Under the pieces are notes generated by a model. It ran no database searches. It saw only the letters and a list, made by a program, of their open reading frames with translations, and was not told the DNA's origin. DNA of 63,908 nucleotides, counting the filler, from Perkinsus chesapeaki ATCC PRA-425 (Eukaryota > Protista > Perkinsozoa): assembly GCA_013115145.1 (NCBI GenBank). It is 4 parts of 4 records of this genome, joined end to end, with 100 filler letters (N's around TTAATTAATTAA, not from the genome) between each part and the next. Parts side by side here need not be neighbours in the genome. Positions count along the whole stretch, not along the records: positions 27,090 to 58,672 come from JAAPAO010000417.1; positions 58,773 to 62,615 come from JAAPAO010001350.1; 2 more parts are not named here. One strand, given 5' to 3'. Position 1 is the stretch's first letter. Each line of letters opens with the position of its first letter. Positions 50,000 to 61,410 of this stretch are shown in pieces. A program made the translations under genes and the position numbers.

Positions 50000-51640
50000 G
50001 TATAAAATAATCAGCATATGGTGCTGATGGTTCTTATCTCATCCATGAGATGAAGATGCCGGGTTGGTACAACGCAACTTTCATGTCACACCAGGAACGT
50101 GTCCACGCCCCGATTGTGAGAATAACGCGGGCAAGAAGATCCTCGTTGAGGGGCTGTCTGCAGTGGAGACACTCCACTAAAATTAAGACTGAGCATGCAG
50201 AACGGCGGGCTGTGAAGCTTCAATGCAGCAATTATTCATTCACCTTTGCAATCGCTGCGCAATATGACCTCCTTGGTCGATACAATGGTATGTGTTGTAG
50301 TAAACACGGCCTCTTGAATACGTCACTGGCGCAGAGACATGACTTATGCTCGCCTAGGGTACCGTTTTACCGCTTGGTTTTACCATGGCGGATATGTTTT
50401 TCTCTCCTAGAGAGATTTGGATATAGGTTGTCTTCTCCCATATTTTCCCCAATTTCGACGATACTCGGACGCCCTGAAGTCCGCACTTTCGTCGACGACG
50501 TCACCAAGGCCAGCCCTGCGGTATTGCCCGTGATGTAACACTCTAACCAAACGCGCCAGTTGGCGCAAAACAAACTCTAAAATAGGACAGACGTACAAGA
50601 GCATGGACTACAGCGATCTAAGGGCCTTAGACTAAGGCCAATCATTCCGGTGTAGTCCAATTCGTGCACTGCCAACTGGTCCAGTGATCAGCTGGTCCAC
50701 GGACCAACTGTAATACTCTAGACGCAACACACCGAAATTGGTGAGGATAAAAGAATATGCAGGCAGACAACAACACTATAGCTAATCGATAGAACTGCGC
50801 AATATGAATAAGAGACAGGACTTGTGCAAACCATGACACCAACTCATCCAGGGATCAACTCGTACACTGGACGAGATCAGGTACCAACTCTGAGTCATCC
50901 ACACCAGCCAGTACCAACTCATCCAGCACTGAGTCGGACACCAGTTTTTACCAATTTGTCCAGTGCAAACACCAGTTTTTACCAATTCGTCCAGTGCCAA
51001 CTCGTCCACTTTTACACCCGCTCGCGAAAATAGTGCTAATATGAGCGCCCCCTCCCGCGATTGCCCCTGCCCCCTTTGGTACCTCACCGAGTTCCAACCT
51101 GGGTTTCTCGCGTGAGAGGCAGACATACTAACTACTACACTAGGAGTCAACTCATTTTTGTGGCACACTGGTCTAAGCCTCTCGTTATAACAACTAACTC
51201 GTCACGCGCCACACTATTGAATAACTATCTTTTCGATCCGTCCTTATGGTGTCATGCTAACGCTTACGAGCGCACAAGCAACCTCTTTGAGGCTTTTCAT
51301 CATTCTTTAAATGATGTTTGTTATATTACGCGCCCTTCTTTCTACTATATACTAACAATTATTGTTGACGGTGTGTCCGACTTTGGTCAACGGTTCACAA
51401 GAATACGGGCTGGGGACGCTTGCCGTCACGTTGACGGCGTCAACCAACCCAAGATCGCAAACAGGCCGAAGGAAACACTGGAAAGAGCATATGCGGCTAC
51501 TTTCCCCGAGTATGCTGGAACATCGTGGGCTACTGAACCTATCCGCTTGACTGAAGACAAATATATTGCATACTTGAAGGCATACAGTTCTGCCCTAGCA
51601 AGATCAAGGCCACAGAAGAAGTTGCACAATACTCAAGACT
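50000..51640 (+). mobile_element. Degenerate MULE (Mutator-like) transposase relic
   Basis: WCHANAYERTSNLFEAFHHSLN...RPSFYYILTII matches the MULE C-terminal RTNNxxEGxHxxLN...HPxxxxFI pattern. PEVRTFVDDVTKA resembles the PxxIMTDFExA region. Multiple stops. Confidence 0.5.
50617..50638. other. Exact 22-bp excision-type scar, X=TCTAAGGC
   Basis: tctaagg+gccttaga+ctaaggc. Confidence 0.75.
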
Positions 51641-52164
51641 AATAGGACTCCCGAAGCGGAACTCCTACTCACTATCATCAAAGTTCCTTATAGTCAAAAC
51701 ATCGCTTGGTCGTGGACGAGTCTGTGGTGTACGAGTTCACCTCGTGGACCAGCTGATTACAACTTTCTTTCACGTACCATTCAGTATTAAATAAGACTGA
51801 CTCTGGGCACTTATTGGCCGTTCAATTGTTTTCGCCTTAAAGACTGAACTCCATACTATTAAGAGACCGAGAGAAGAGAATGAGACGGTGTTGAGATTCA
51901 ACAGCAAAACAATACACCAAGAGAGCATACTTCTACCCTCAACATCAAGTGAGCTAACACCACAGTCGTACATGATGTTATGGAGCCCATCAAATGCAGC
52001 AAATCTGTTATGAACCTTCAAGCACTCCTCAGCCGTTGGGGTTGACGGAACTTCACTTCGTTACTGTAATCATTGAGGTATAGGATTCCTATCATAGGAA
52101 AGGTAATCTGCTTAAGATTATCGGCCTGATAGCTAATGGCCACATGTCTGCTGCTCGTTACTGG

Positions 52165-53289
52165 TTACCACGAGCCAGATAGCTCCGCGGTACCAACCTT
52201 ATTGTTCTCTTGCTGGAACTCAAAATACTTGCCAATGAAGGTTTCGCCACCAAATGCCCAAGACGGTTCTGCAGTTTTCCGAAAAAGAAGACTGCATCCA
52301 CCCCGTAAATGTGCATCGGCATAGTTTATGTGGGTAAGAGTTAAAGGGACATCCCCCTTGGTACCGAGCCCACATCAGATTGGTGGCAGGAGAGAATGAT
52401 ACTCACACGGGAATTCAATGAGACCAGACTTGTTATTCCAGGTATAGGATATTCTTCTTCCACCCACCTCAGGTGTTTGCTGTGCAATACTTGCTATTAA
52501 ATCATCAAAATATATCTGAGGGACTCGACTAGAAGCGTCTCCGGTATCCAGTAGAAGATGCTGGTTGATGCCAATAGTAAGATAGCCACCTCCACCCTGC
52601 ATGCTACTCAATGTGATCTCGTAATGCCTACGGCTGTTGAACTTGACGTAGCGGAGTGGATGCTTGTAGACTCTGGGGTCACCTCCACCCAGTACAAGCT
52701 TGCCCTTGTGACCATCAGCAGTTGACAGATAAATTGCGAAAGTTAGGGACCGTATCCTTCTTGACTTTAACAGCTCATGCAGGAATAAGTTGAAGTCGGC
52801 GTCCTTGTAAATCCCAAGCCCAAGTAGGTTAATCGGTTTCACTTCAGTAGGCGGAGGAGTCTGACCATATATCAAACCGAAGCTCAAGTTTGGAACTTCA
52901 ATTTCCCCAAACCTGATGGTGTCTTTTTGTGGGAATATGACGAAAGTAGACCCATCAGCGAACCTTGTTACATACTCAACGTGGGGAAAGCAAGGCTCTG
53001 GACATGTGTAGCAACCAGAAGGGAGGTACTTGCAGCCTCCTTCACCAACCACGCTTTCAATGAAAGCGTATGGAAAGATTGGTATGACATACCAATCTTT
53101 CCATACGAAGAAATCAGGCGACCCAGTATCCACCACTGCCTGAAGCTTGTTAGTGCCGATATCAAATGTATAGAGTATACGAGGTGAATAACCTCGTAGT
53201 ACCCTATACTGAATATCAAGTTCTAACAGCTGGCCTACTGTAGTTGACAATGAAGACAGAAGGCCCAGCATCACAAAGATACCAAGCAT
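52165..53289 (-). pseudogene. Pepsin-like A1 aspartic protease, copy 3, with a premature TGA and a 30-nt palindromic insertion
   Basis: MLGIFVMLGLL signal peptide; VDTGSP and LDTGDA motifs. In-frame TGA at 52375-52377, after which the frame continues ...DVPLTLT...FIGKYFEFQQENNKVGTAEL* (stop 52165-52167). Confidence 0.8.
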
Positions 53290-53576
53290 AGTGGATGAAG
53301 TGGAATGACTAAAGTTACGACAGTCCGAAGTGGTCATCGTCCTTGCAATGTAGTTAGAAAACATCGTAGTTAATCTTCGGCTCACACACTGTCGCTACAG
53401 AAAGTCGTAAATTGCACACGCGTGCATCAAGTGAATGAGTTTCTCGCGCACCAGACACCTCCGTACGCGTGCGCACGCGTCACGCGGCTGCAAACTCAGC
53501 CCCCCACCGCGCTATTATAGCATTGCTATAAGACCGTAATGGACATCCATGGCCATAGTCTGATCACAGGGTCCTA

Positions 53577-54545
53577 TTGACCTTCCATATGGAACCATTC
53601 CTCAAAAGAATATGGCCCGCTGAGTCGGCATACCCGAGCGATATATCATCCGGTAAAGAAGACGGTCGGCTCCAAGTGAAAGGAGAGAATTTTCCTTCCA
53701 ACACTGGTGGTCGGTCATTTTTGGCGGCGTGGCAGGATAGATACGATTGGCTGGAGTATTCTGCCCTGAAAGACAGTACTTTTTGCTTCTACTGCAGACA
53801 CTTCAGTGCGCCCAAAGTTGGTAAGGGCTCCCCATTCTTCAGCGACCCGAACGGTTTCTCGAACTGAAAAAAAGCAATTCAGAGGTTCGACGAACACTCT
53901 GCGAGTGACTATCATCAGACTTCGGCTAAGTATTTCCTACAGCGGTAGCTAATGAAGAAAAGAGGTCAATCAGTTGCCACTTTGATCAATACCCAAAACC
54001 AAGATGTGGTCAAACAAAATCGTCATTACTTGCGATCGATCCTCTTTTGTATTTTTTTTCGTTGTAAGCAAGGGTTGGCCCTAAGGGGGCATCGAGAAGC
54101 CCTCTCGAACGTGGCCGACGGTGACAATCCGGGAAATTTCCTGGAACTGACTCGTTTGCTGAGTCGTTTTGATGACGTTGTCAAGCAGAGGCTCTCCGAT
54201 GGTCCTGGGAATGCGAGATACACTCATCACTCTATACAGAATGATCTCATTGCTTGCGCGGCAAAGCTTGTTCGTCAGTCTGTAGCATCCGAGGTGGCTG
54301 CTTGCGGTGCTTTCAGCCTCATATGCGACGAGGCTCGCGATATCGCTCATACGGAGCGACTATCCCTCTGCGTCCGGTACGTGTATGACGCGCACTGCGC
54401 GTCGCGCAGATCAAAGAAGAGTTCCTCGCCTTTGTTCGGTGCGAAAAACTGGATGCCGCCAGCCTTACAGATGAGATTTTCCGCACCCTTGGCGAGGTCG
54501 GTATACATCCTTCTCTCATGGTTAGCCAGTGTTACGACGGAGCGA
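53577..54545 (+). mobile_element. hAT-superfamily transposase relic (TTF-type Zn finger + DUF4371/ZMYM1-like), 3'-truncated
   Basis: RSFLAAWQDRYDWLEYS...FCFYCRHF, GFSN*KKA (W to stop), QGLALRGH, NPGNFLEL, RYTHHSIQNDLI, FSLICDEARD (first catalytic Asp), RLSLCVRYV. After a frameshift: IKEEFLAF...SQCYDGAS. Confidence 0.85.
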
Positions 54546-54768
54546 GCGTCCATCGTGAACCCGGTTTTCAAGAAGTCTCAGCAGGACTCCAAACGCCACA
54601 ACGCTGTCAGTATAGGAAGTCAAAATTGACCAAAATACGACAGGCACAGACAGCTCTAGAAGGTCTCCCATGTGGCCTGCGGACTCGGAACCTGCTCTTA
54701 AGGTATAGAACATCAAACCGCTGCAGGAAGCCGATACTATCTCGAGATACTATCTAGCCGATACAATA

Positions 54769-54790
54769 TTCCGTAGTACGGAATCCGTAC
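54769..54790. other. Exact 22-bp excision-type scar, X=TTCCGTAC
   Basis: ttccgta+gtacggaa+tccgtac. Confidence 0.75.
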
Positions 54791-54943
54791 GGAAACACGC
54801 CTTACATTGAAAGACATTTCTGGCAGAAATTTATGCAGAAATTTTCTGCATCGGTGAGGTATGGCCGGCCGACAGTGCGCTCATGGGCCACAGTGGCCAC
54901 TTATGGCCCACAGTGCCGATCCACTATGCAACATTCAACGTCC

Positions 54944-54965
54944 TGTGACAGTGTCACAGTGACAC
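54944..54965. other. Exact 22-bp excision-type scar, X=TGTGACAC
   Basis: tgtgaca+gtgtcaca+gtgacac. Confidence 0.75.
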
Positions 54966-54999
54966 ACGGGCCGTGACACGGCCAATATTGCGATTATTC

Positions 55000-55062
55000 T
55001 GCTGAGTAGGTTAAGGTGATAGTATTATAAGTTAATGGTCGGGGGTTCGATTCTTGGCGGTC
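55000..55062 (+). other. tRNA-like A/B-box head (degenerate)
   Basis: TGCTGAGTAGGTTAAGG...GGGTTCGATTCTT. Confidence 0.4.
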
Positions 55063-55289
55063 ATTTCCCATTTTTTGTTGACGAGTATTGCGCTATTGCG
55101 TGCTTTTGCGTGTTTTTGCACGCGCATTTGCATGCAAAATGCCTATGTTTTGTACGTGTAGTGTATTTCGCGCAATGCACTTCACACTTCGCGCAATGCG
55201 CGCAATCACCTGGTTGTGTTGGAATCGCCGTGCGGCAAGTTCGATGGCGAGTGAAGCTCCAAGTAGTCCCAGAAGATTCATGGGGTGTA

Positions 55290-56040
55290 CCGCGATTCGT
55301 CCATTGTTGTTTCGTCCATGGCATGTTCCGTCCAGGATCGTTTCGTCCACTGTGATTGTGCTTGTTTCGTACACATTTGTTTCGTCCATGTAGGGTTTTG
55401 TCCACGATTGTTTCGTTCATGCTTGCTTCATGCAAAGATGTGCTGACAATGCGCGTTGCGTACATGGCCTTCCAATAGACATTCGTCCACGCCTGTTACA
55501 TTTACAGAACATGCTGGGTCTATAAGAAACCTGGTATGAGATAATAGATAGGATAAGTGGCCTTGACATAACCCGAATGTTGATTATCCGATTGAGTGGA
55601 ATATGCGGAGCGAAGCGCATGATATTTGGTAGACTTTGATACGACGTTTTCAAGCATAATCCGACGAAGAAAGTCAAATTAGCAGATGCGCGTTAGTCCA
55701 GTTAAACGGGTCATCTACGGTTCAGAAGGTCGTCGGTTCGATCCTTGGTAACTCACCCTCGGAGAAAGTTTCTCCGAGAAACGGAAAAGTTCGGCCGAAG
55801 GACGAACACTAACCTTTGGCATGTGATGCCGCGACGGCATCACATATGTCAAAAATTGGTGTGGACGAAGCGAGCATGTACGAAATATGCATGTACGAAG
55901 CGCATATGGATGGAACGAGCAGATTAAGAGCGGAAATGTAAGAAACGGCGTGGACGAAAGAAGCATGGGGGAAAAGCGCATGAGTGAACTGTAAGTGTAC
56001 GAAGTGAGCTGGAGGAACGCGCATGGATGAAAAGAGCTGG
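55290..56040. mobile_element. Putative foldback/TIR element with inverted arrays of short subterminal repeats
   Basis: TTCGTCCA-like motifs repeated at 55290-55500 and TGGACGAA/GTACGAA-like motifs repeated at 55795-56030. Confidence 0.4.
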
Positions 56041-56095
56041 GCCGCCGTAGGCGAATCCGGCCGCCGGATTACGGCGGATTCCCGGTAGTAATCTA

Positions 56096-56390
56096 CTACC
56101 GAGCCTGGCCCCACAACAACTACCGAACCTGGGCGGACTACTACTGCGCCTGGTCCCGCAACTTCTTCTGAGCCTGGGCAAACAAATACTACTGATCCTG
56201 GGCCTACAGCTCTTCCTGAGCCTGGGCCCACAACTACTGCTGAGCCTGGCCCCGCAACTACTACTGAACCCGACCCTACCACAACTAGTACCCAGCCTGG
56301 CCTTGCAACAACAACCGAGCCTGGGCCCACAACTACTACCGAGCCTGGCCCCACAACTACTGCTGAGCCCGGCTCTATAGTAGCTTAGGA
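56096..56390 (+). pseudogene. Mucin-like TTTEPGP repeat fragment
   Basis: The plus frame encodes about 11 TTT(T/A)EPGP-like units. It is bounded by stops (TAG TAA upstream, TAG downstream) with no start; the listed minus ORFs are antisense shadows. Confidence 0.55.
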
Positions 56391-59148
56391 CGATTTGGCT
56401 ACTACGGCCGTGATTCCGTTTGAGCCTGTAAGGCACGCTCTAGTTGTCAACCTGAGCAAGCTTCGTCTTTGTAAAACAGCCTTATGTCGTCTCCGCAAGA
56501 CCTAGTCGGTTTTGGAACCGAAGATGGTCCTTCTTTCTACTCGAGTAGATTCTCGTCCTGGAATGTCAGACTATACTCGTTCCGATACGAGCTGGACGGA
56601 CACTGTAATTGTTGTGTTCCACCTGAACGATTGAGTCATTTGTATTGACGCCCGCATCTCTCTTCAACCTGCGACTTCCTGGTGTTGTTCCCTAGCAGTC
56701 TAGGCTAGCCTCAGCGATTCCTACGACCACGAGGCTCGCCGGTGAATAGGCTTGTAGAAGCAAAACTGCTTTGAAATTTTCAATCGAAAAATTTTCGATC
56801 GAACACGATGAATTTTCAAAGTGCAAATTCATCGTGTTCGATCGATAATCGTGATTACTAGTCTACTAGTCGGACTAGGAATAGAATGTAATCTTGTAAC
56901 GAGGTTCAGCTAGCTCGTCTTTCTCTGACAGAAACCATTGCTGGTACTAGAGTAAGCACAGAGCGCCTTAGTAGCGGCGTCAGTTCCGGAGTCGCTCTAT
57001 GATGCGAGTCCTTCCATCCCTACGAGCGTCCGTGAGCACGGGTTTTACGCCGAACGTGAAAGGCTGGCTACCCATCATGGGCGCAAAAGCTTTTACAGAC
57101 CAGTGAGCACCATGGCGAGAGCTCGACCACGTAACTATCCGACAACATCTGTAATATCATATTGGGGCATCCGGTGACCGGATTCCGCCCAACCAAAGTC
57201 ACTCCGTTCTACAAGCGGCCGCTTAAGCGTTAATATTGCGAGCCAACAAGCGAGTACTAACCTCACCGTAACCTTACCGTTTGCTGAACTCTTATTTACC
57301 TTCTAACATACAGTGCCGCAATGTCAAGTATCGGCTTGTCAAGCCGGGCTTGAAGGCCGAGGTTCTGACTCAGTACTACTGAGGTCTGAAGCAAGTCACC
57401 GGCATTACCAAGCCACTACTAGTCATAAAATTCATACTAAATTTGAGAGATCAATCAATGTATCTAAACTGTATCAAGATTTTACTACAATCATGTATCA
57501 CCGAGCCACTTTCAATCACTGAATTTGTGATAAACGACATCGTCTCCTCAGAAATTCCTGAGCTTTTTTCACATTGAAAACATAAAACAAATGAGAGGAC
57601 TTCACCAGGAGAAGTTCACCTGCATAACTCTAACAGATACAGCCAAATGAAACTTATATCAAATTAACATGCCACAGCCTTCCCGGTAGACTCGGCAAAC
57701 TCGCTTGTAGTCGGTGGTCTGGGCACCATGTTATGATCCATACTGCAAATTGCAGTCTGCAATATAACGCAAGTATCAGAAGACTGGAGTAGATAAACAA
57801 CATTAATGAAGTTAAGCAGGTACTGACAGTGCCTGTTTGCTATGCAGTACCGTACTGTATAGCGTAGCTCACACAATAGACAAGTAGAGATTAGCGCAAG
57901 CGCGTAAGAAGCGCAACTTCTTGGAGATTATCGATCGCCGCGGCGAGCGCAGCTTACTACGATCGATAATACTACCCGACTCCCGAACAGTGAGGGATCC
58001 CAACGTTGTATTCCGCATTGCTGTTCGAAGTGGGCTTTGTAGATTGATGCCCAGTTGCTGGCGCTCTTTCGGCTTGCCCCAAGGTCTCTCTCGAGTCTCC
58101 GACTCGAAGATCTGATCTTGATGCCTCCGGCGGTAGGCCACCTTCATAGGTGAATGTATACTCCACAATGTGGAGTATACAAGCTCGCCTCGAGTTAGAC
58201 CCATTGCTTCCTCAAACAGCTGCTGCTTGACACTGGTGGCCAGACGGTGATTGATATATATTGCTCTCCCGAGACCAGAGGGCCGAACGGCGACCGCGCC
58301 CATCCGAGAGATAGCAGTAGTGCGATACTCCTGCAGCAAGAAGGTCAAGAATATCATACCTACTGCTGATGGAGTTGGTGCTCCATCCACGTATGGCACT
58401 GGTTAACACCAGCTTTCGGATGAATTCCCGTCTGCTCAAGGCTTGGGCAGACGGGAATCCATCCGAAGCCACGGCGGAGGATATCATTGTGATACGGCCG
58501 GGGTTGGAACGCTCCAAAAACGTAGCTTTTTCACGTGAAACCTCTGACTGCGGGGACTGGGAGGTAGGGACGCGCCGGCGGTGTACCTGGCAGACGATGG
58601 TGCCTAGGATACAGGACCTGGCTGCGGAATCCAAGGGTCTCGCAGACATGGAACCGCCGGAGCGGAGCGCTGNNNNNNNNNNNNNNNNNNNNNNNNNNNN
58701 NNNNNNNNNNNNNNNNTTAATTAATTAANNNNNNNNNNNNNNNNNNNNNNNNNNNNNNNNNNNNNNNNNNNNCAAAGTTTGATCATCAAACCGATGAAAC
58801 TGATTACATCAGGAACTTCATAATAGGAAATCTAACCCACCTATGATTAGTTAGTGTGAGGTACTATTACTTAATGATAAGATTCTTTAGATGACTGTAT
58901 AGACAGTTAGTTTAGTGCTCCGCTTTACATTTGGATAATGAGGCCGCTTTATGCAGCAGTATGCTTGTTAGACGGCGCTACTAGTCCCACTTGTTAGTGA
59001 CGAAGGCTGATAAGCTAGTAGTATACCGCGTTAGTCGTGTGCGATCTAGGTCTTTAGAAAGAGCCTATGTCGGTGTTGAGACTCTCAATTTGAGAGTGTT
59101 CAAGTCGTCGACCCTGTGGCCCATCGCAATACGTGGTTTGCAGGACTT

Positions 59149-59956
59149 GGCGATGCTCTTGCTGGTATCTTGGTCTCTTACTGTAACGCAGGCCGATTCG
59201 CAATTCGTAATGGAGTAGTTGGCCTGCGTATGACTCATACGGTAGAGACTTACCATGGTAGCCTTATTCAGTACCATGTAACCAGCAAGTGCATGGTAAC
59301 TGAAACCCGGAGCCACTTACATCTGGATGACCAGATGAATTAAGATTCGGGCCTCGGGTTTCATGTTACTCCTGCAACCCCCGTATTCGATGGGATTTTA
59401 TGGTTAGCGGAATGAGTGTGCGAATGTAGTGTTTGTGAAATCCTGAGAAACAATCGGGGGACTATGAATGTCCGACAGTAGACAACACACAAGGTTAAAC
59501 GTCACACAAGGAGACAGGACAGAATTGCGTCAGCTATGGACAATAGATTAGCTCGCGTTCAAACCTAGATATAAATAGATAAGAGCTATAGCTCACATAT
59601 CTTGCTATACGCACGGCTCGTTACCGGGCTGAACGTTCAAAGCTTGAAGAAAACGGAATGTTTTCGGCTTAGACGGTATAATTTTTTTTTATATTCCTGA
59701 GTACGGCGATGCTCTTGCTGGTATCTTGGTCTCTTACTGTAACGCAGGCCGATTCGCAATTCGTAATGGAGTAGTTGGCCTGCGTATGACTCATACGGTA
59801 GAGACTTACCATGGTAGCCTTATTCAGTACCATGTAACCAGCAAGTGCATGGTAACTGAAACCCGGAGCCAATTACATCTGGATGACCAGATGAATTAAG
59901 ATTCGGGCCTCGGGTTTCATGTTACTCCTGCAACCCCCGTATTCGATGGGATTTTA
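59149..59956. repeat. 252-bp near-identical direct repeats separated by 304 bp
   Basis: 59149-59400 versus 59705-59956; one substitution seen (ccacttac/ccaattac). Confidence 0.85.
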
Positions 59957-60662
59957 CCAAGAATCATCTTCCGTCTTATACGAAGCATTACAGCGACTCC
60001 TCAAGCACAAGAGGGGCGCCCACGAAGGAACGTGACGGCCTTCTACCATTGTGCTCATAAGGGCGGGAACAAGGACTTCTCAAGAACAACCTGCTAGTAT
60101 TGACAGAAATTACTTGGAACTCAACATCGTTGCTTGAGTGTCCCCACAAGACCCTTGATCAGCAATATATAATGCTGTTAGCATGTCTCTCTGTTCGGAT
60201 TCATAGAGCTTCAGGCTACCCACGTTTCTGCACATTCTGCAGGAGATCGTAAAAACTGCTAGTAGTGATGCTCTAGCGAGCCCAGCATTGCAAGGTCGAA
60301 AGGATTCAATCGGGATAGTGATTCAATCTTGGCCCTGGCAGGGCTGTTGAGTGCCAGAAAGAACTTCCAACCCAAGGCTTATTAAGGGCGCAGAAAACCC
60401 TAACGTATGCGTGCAACTGTGTAGATCACATAGCTAATAGCGAACTGCGCAACTACAAAGGGCAGTGAAAAGATAACCATTCTCAGCTACCTACACTCAC
60501 TAAGTACTCAGCTACTACACATACTGAAATCCTAGGACAGCTAATCTCAAACTAGTGCACATAGAGTGACATAGCTTATGCTAATAAATAGTCATTATCT
60601 ACTTCCTTACTGGGCTGCCCTGCGAGCGTTGCTGATCGCGCCATGGAATACACTCACCCGCC

Positions 60663-61410
60663 TCAGGTAAAACTTACTCGCACTACGATGCACTCGAAGA
60701 GTGATAGAAAGCCGAAATGGGATAAGAATAGGAAATACAGACTCCATCTTGGACCAAGATTCTTGGTGGCAAAGAAGAAGATCGTTTCAGCGCATGCTTC
60801 CTTGTATGGAATCCATACTATGGATCTCACTGCGGGCTCAACCGGCGCTATGCTCCATCGTTTGTTAGGTACAGACTGGACTGAACCGTTTCGCAAAAAG
60901 CTTCCTGGAGCGGAGTGTCTCGGGTAACTTCTGCCCCGGGAGAGCTCCGCAGCCCAAAGGCTGAGCTGATGCCGGACGACCTCTGTAGCGCAGACTCTCC
61001 CCACAATGTATAACCCGCATCTGCGCCTCCACGTACCGCCATCGGCTCCTCGGACACGCTCCCTAGATGACCGGGGTCGCCGCCCAGCCGGAAAGGCTTG
61101 CACACAGTGTACAGTCTTGGTCGAGGGGCACTGCTTCGCTTCTCCGGCTACGTATGCCCCCTCCCCTTTCTCGAAGCTACATGTTCCAATAAGCGGTATC
61201 ACTGTAATTTCACTCAGTATAATCTTCTTTTCGCGAACCGAAAGTGAGGAGCTCATCATTTTGCTAGACAGCTTCGACGACGCGTTGAAATGTCCATCAT
61301 CCAATTGAGACTAGTGGTTATCATGTTCCTCGTGGATATCATCAACTGCACTCGCATGTCCCCGGAGCAGCAGCAGCAGAATGAGTACCGTGCCGGCCAC
61401 TAACAGAGCC
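60663..61410 (-). pseudogene. Hypothetical N-terminally anchored protein with an in-frame TAG
   Basis: ALLVAGTVLILLLLLRG...HDNH*SQLDDGHF... The stop at 61311-61313 interrupts one long frame. No family recognised. Confidence 0.35.

Noticed and set aside
53465-53480. Even (no-centre) palindromes such as acgcgtgcgcacgcgt, gggcgcgcgcgccc (about 27226), gagctatagctc (about 59583), agttatataact
   Set aside because: They lack the 1-nt centre and 8-bp offset and several are low complexity, so they were not counted as scars.
55809-56436. Minus-strand VVVGPGS / GARLSSS repeat ORFs
   Set aside because: Antisense readings of the plus-strand TTEPGP repeat.
57869-58670. Possible RNase H / non-LTR retroelement fragment (YVDGA...AVGM)
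   Set aside because: Only one weak motif and no RT or other catalytic residues recognisable.
59125-59200. GLGDALAG as a dolichol/phytol kinase gene
   Set aside because: Eight-residue match only; no supporting exons identified.
61311-61313. In-frame stops in several ORFs as evidence for a variant genetic code
   Set aside because: The stops are of different types (TGA, TAG, TAA) and occur with frameshifts in decayed genes. Intact genes end at standard stops.
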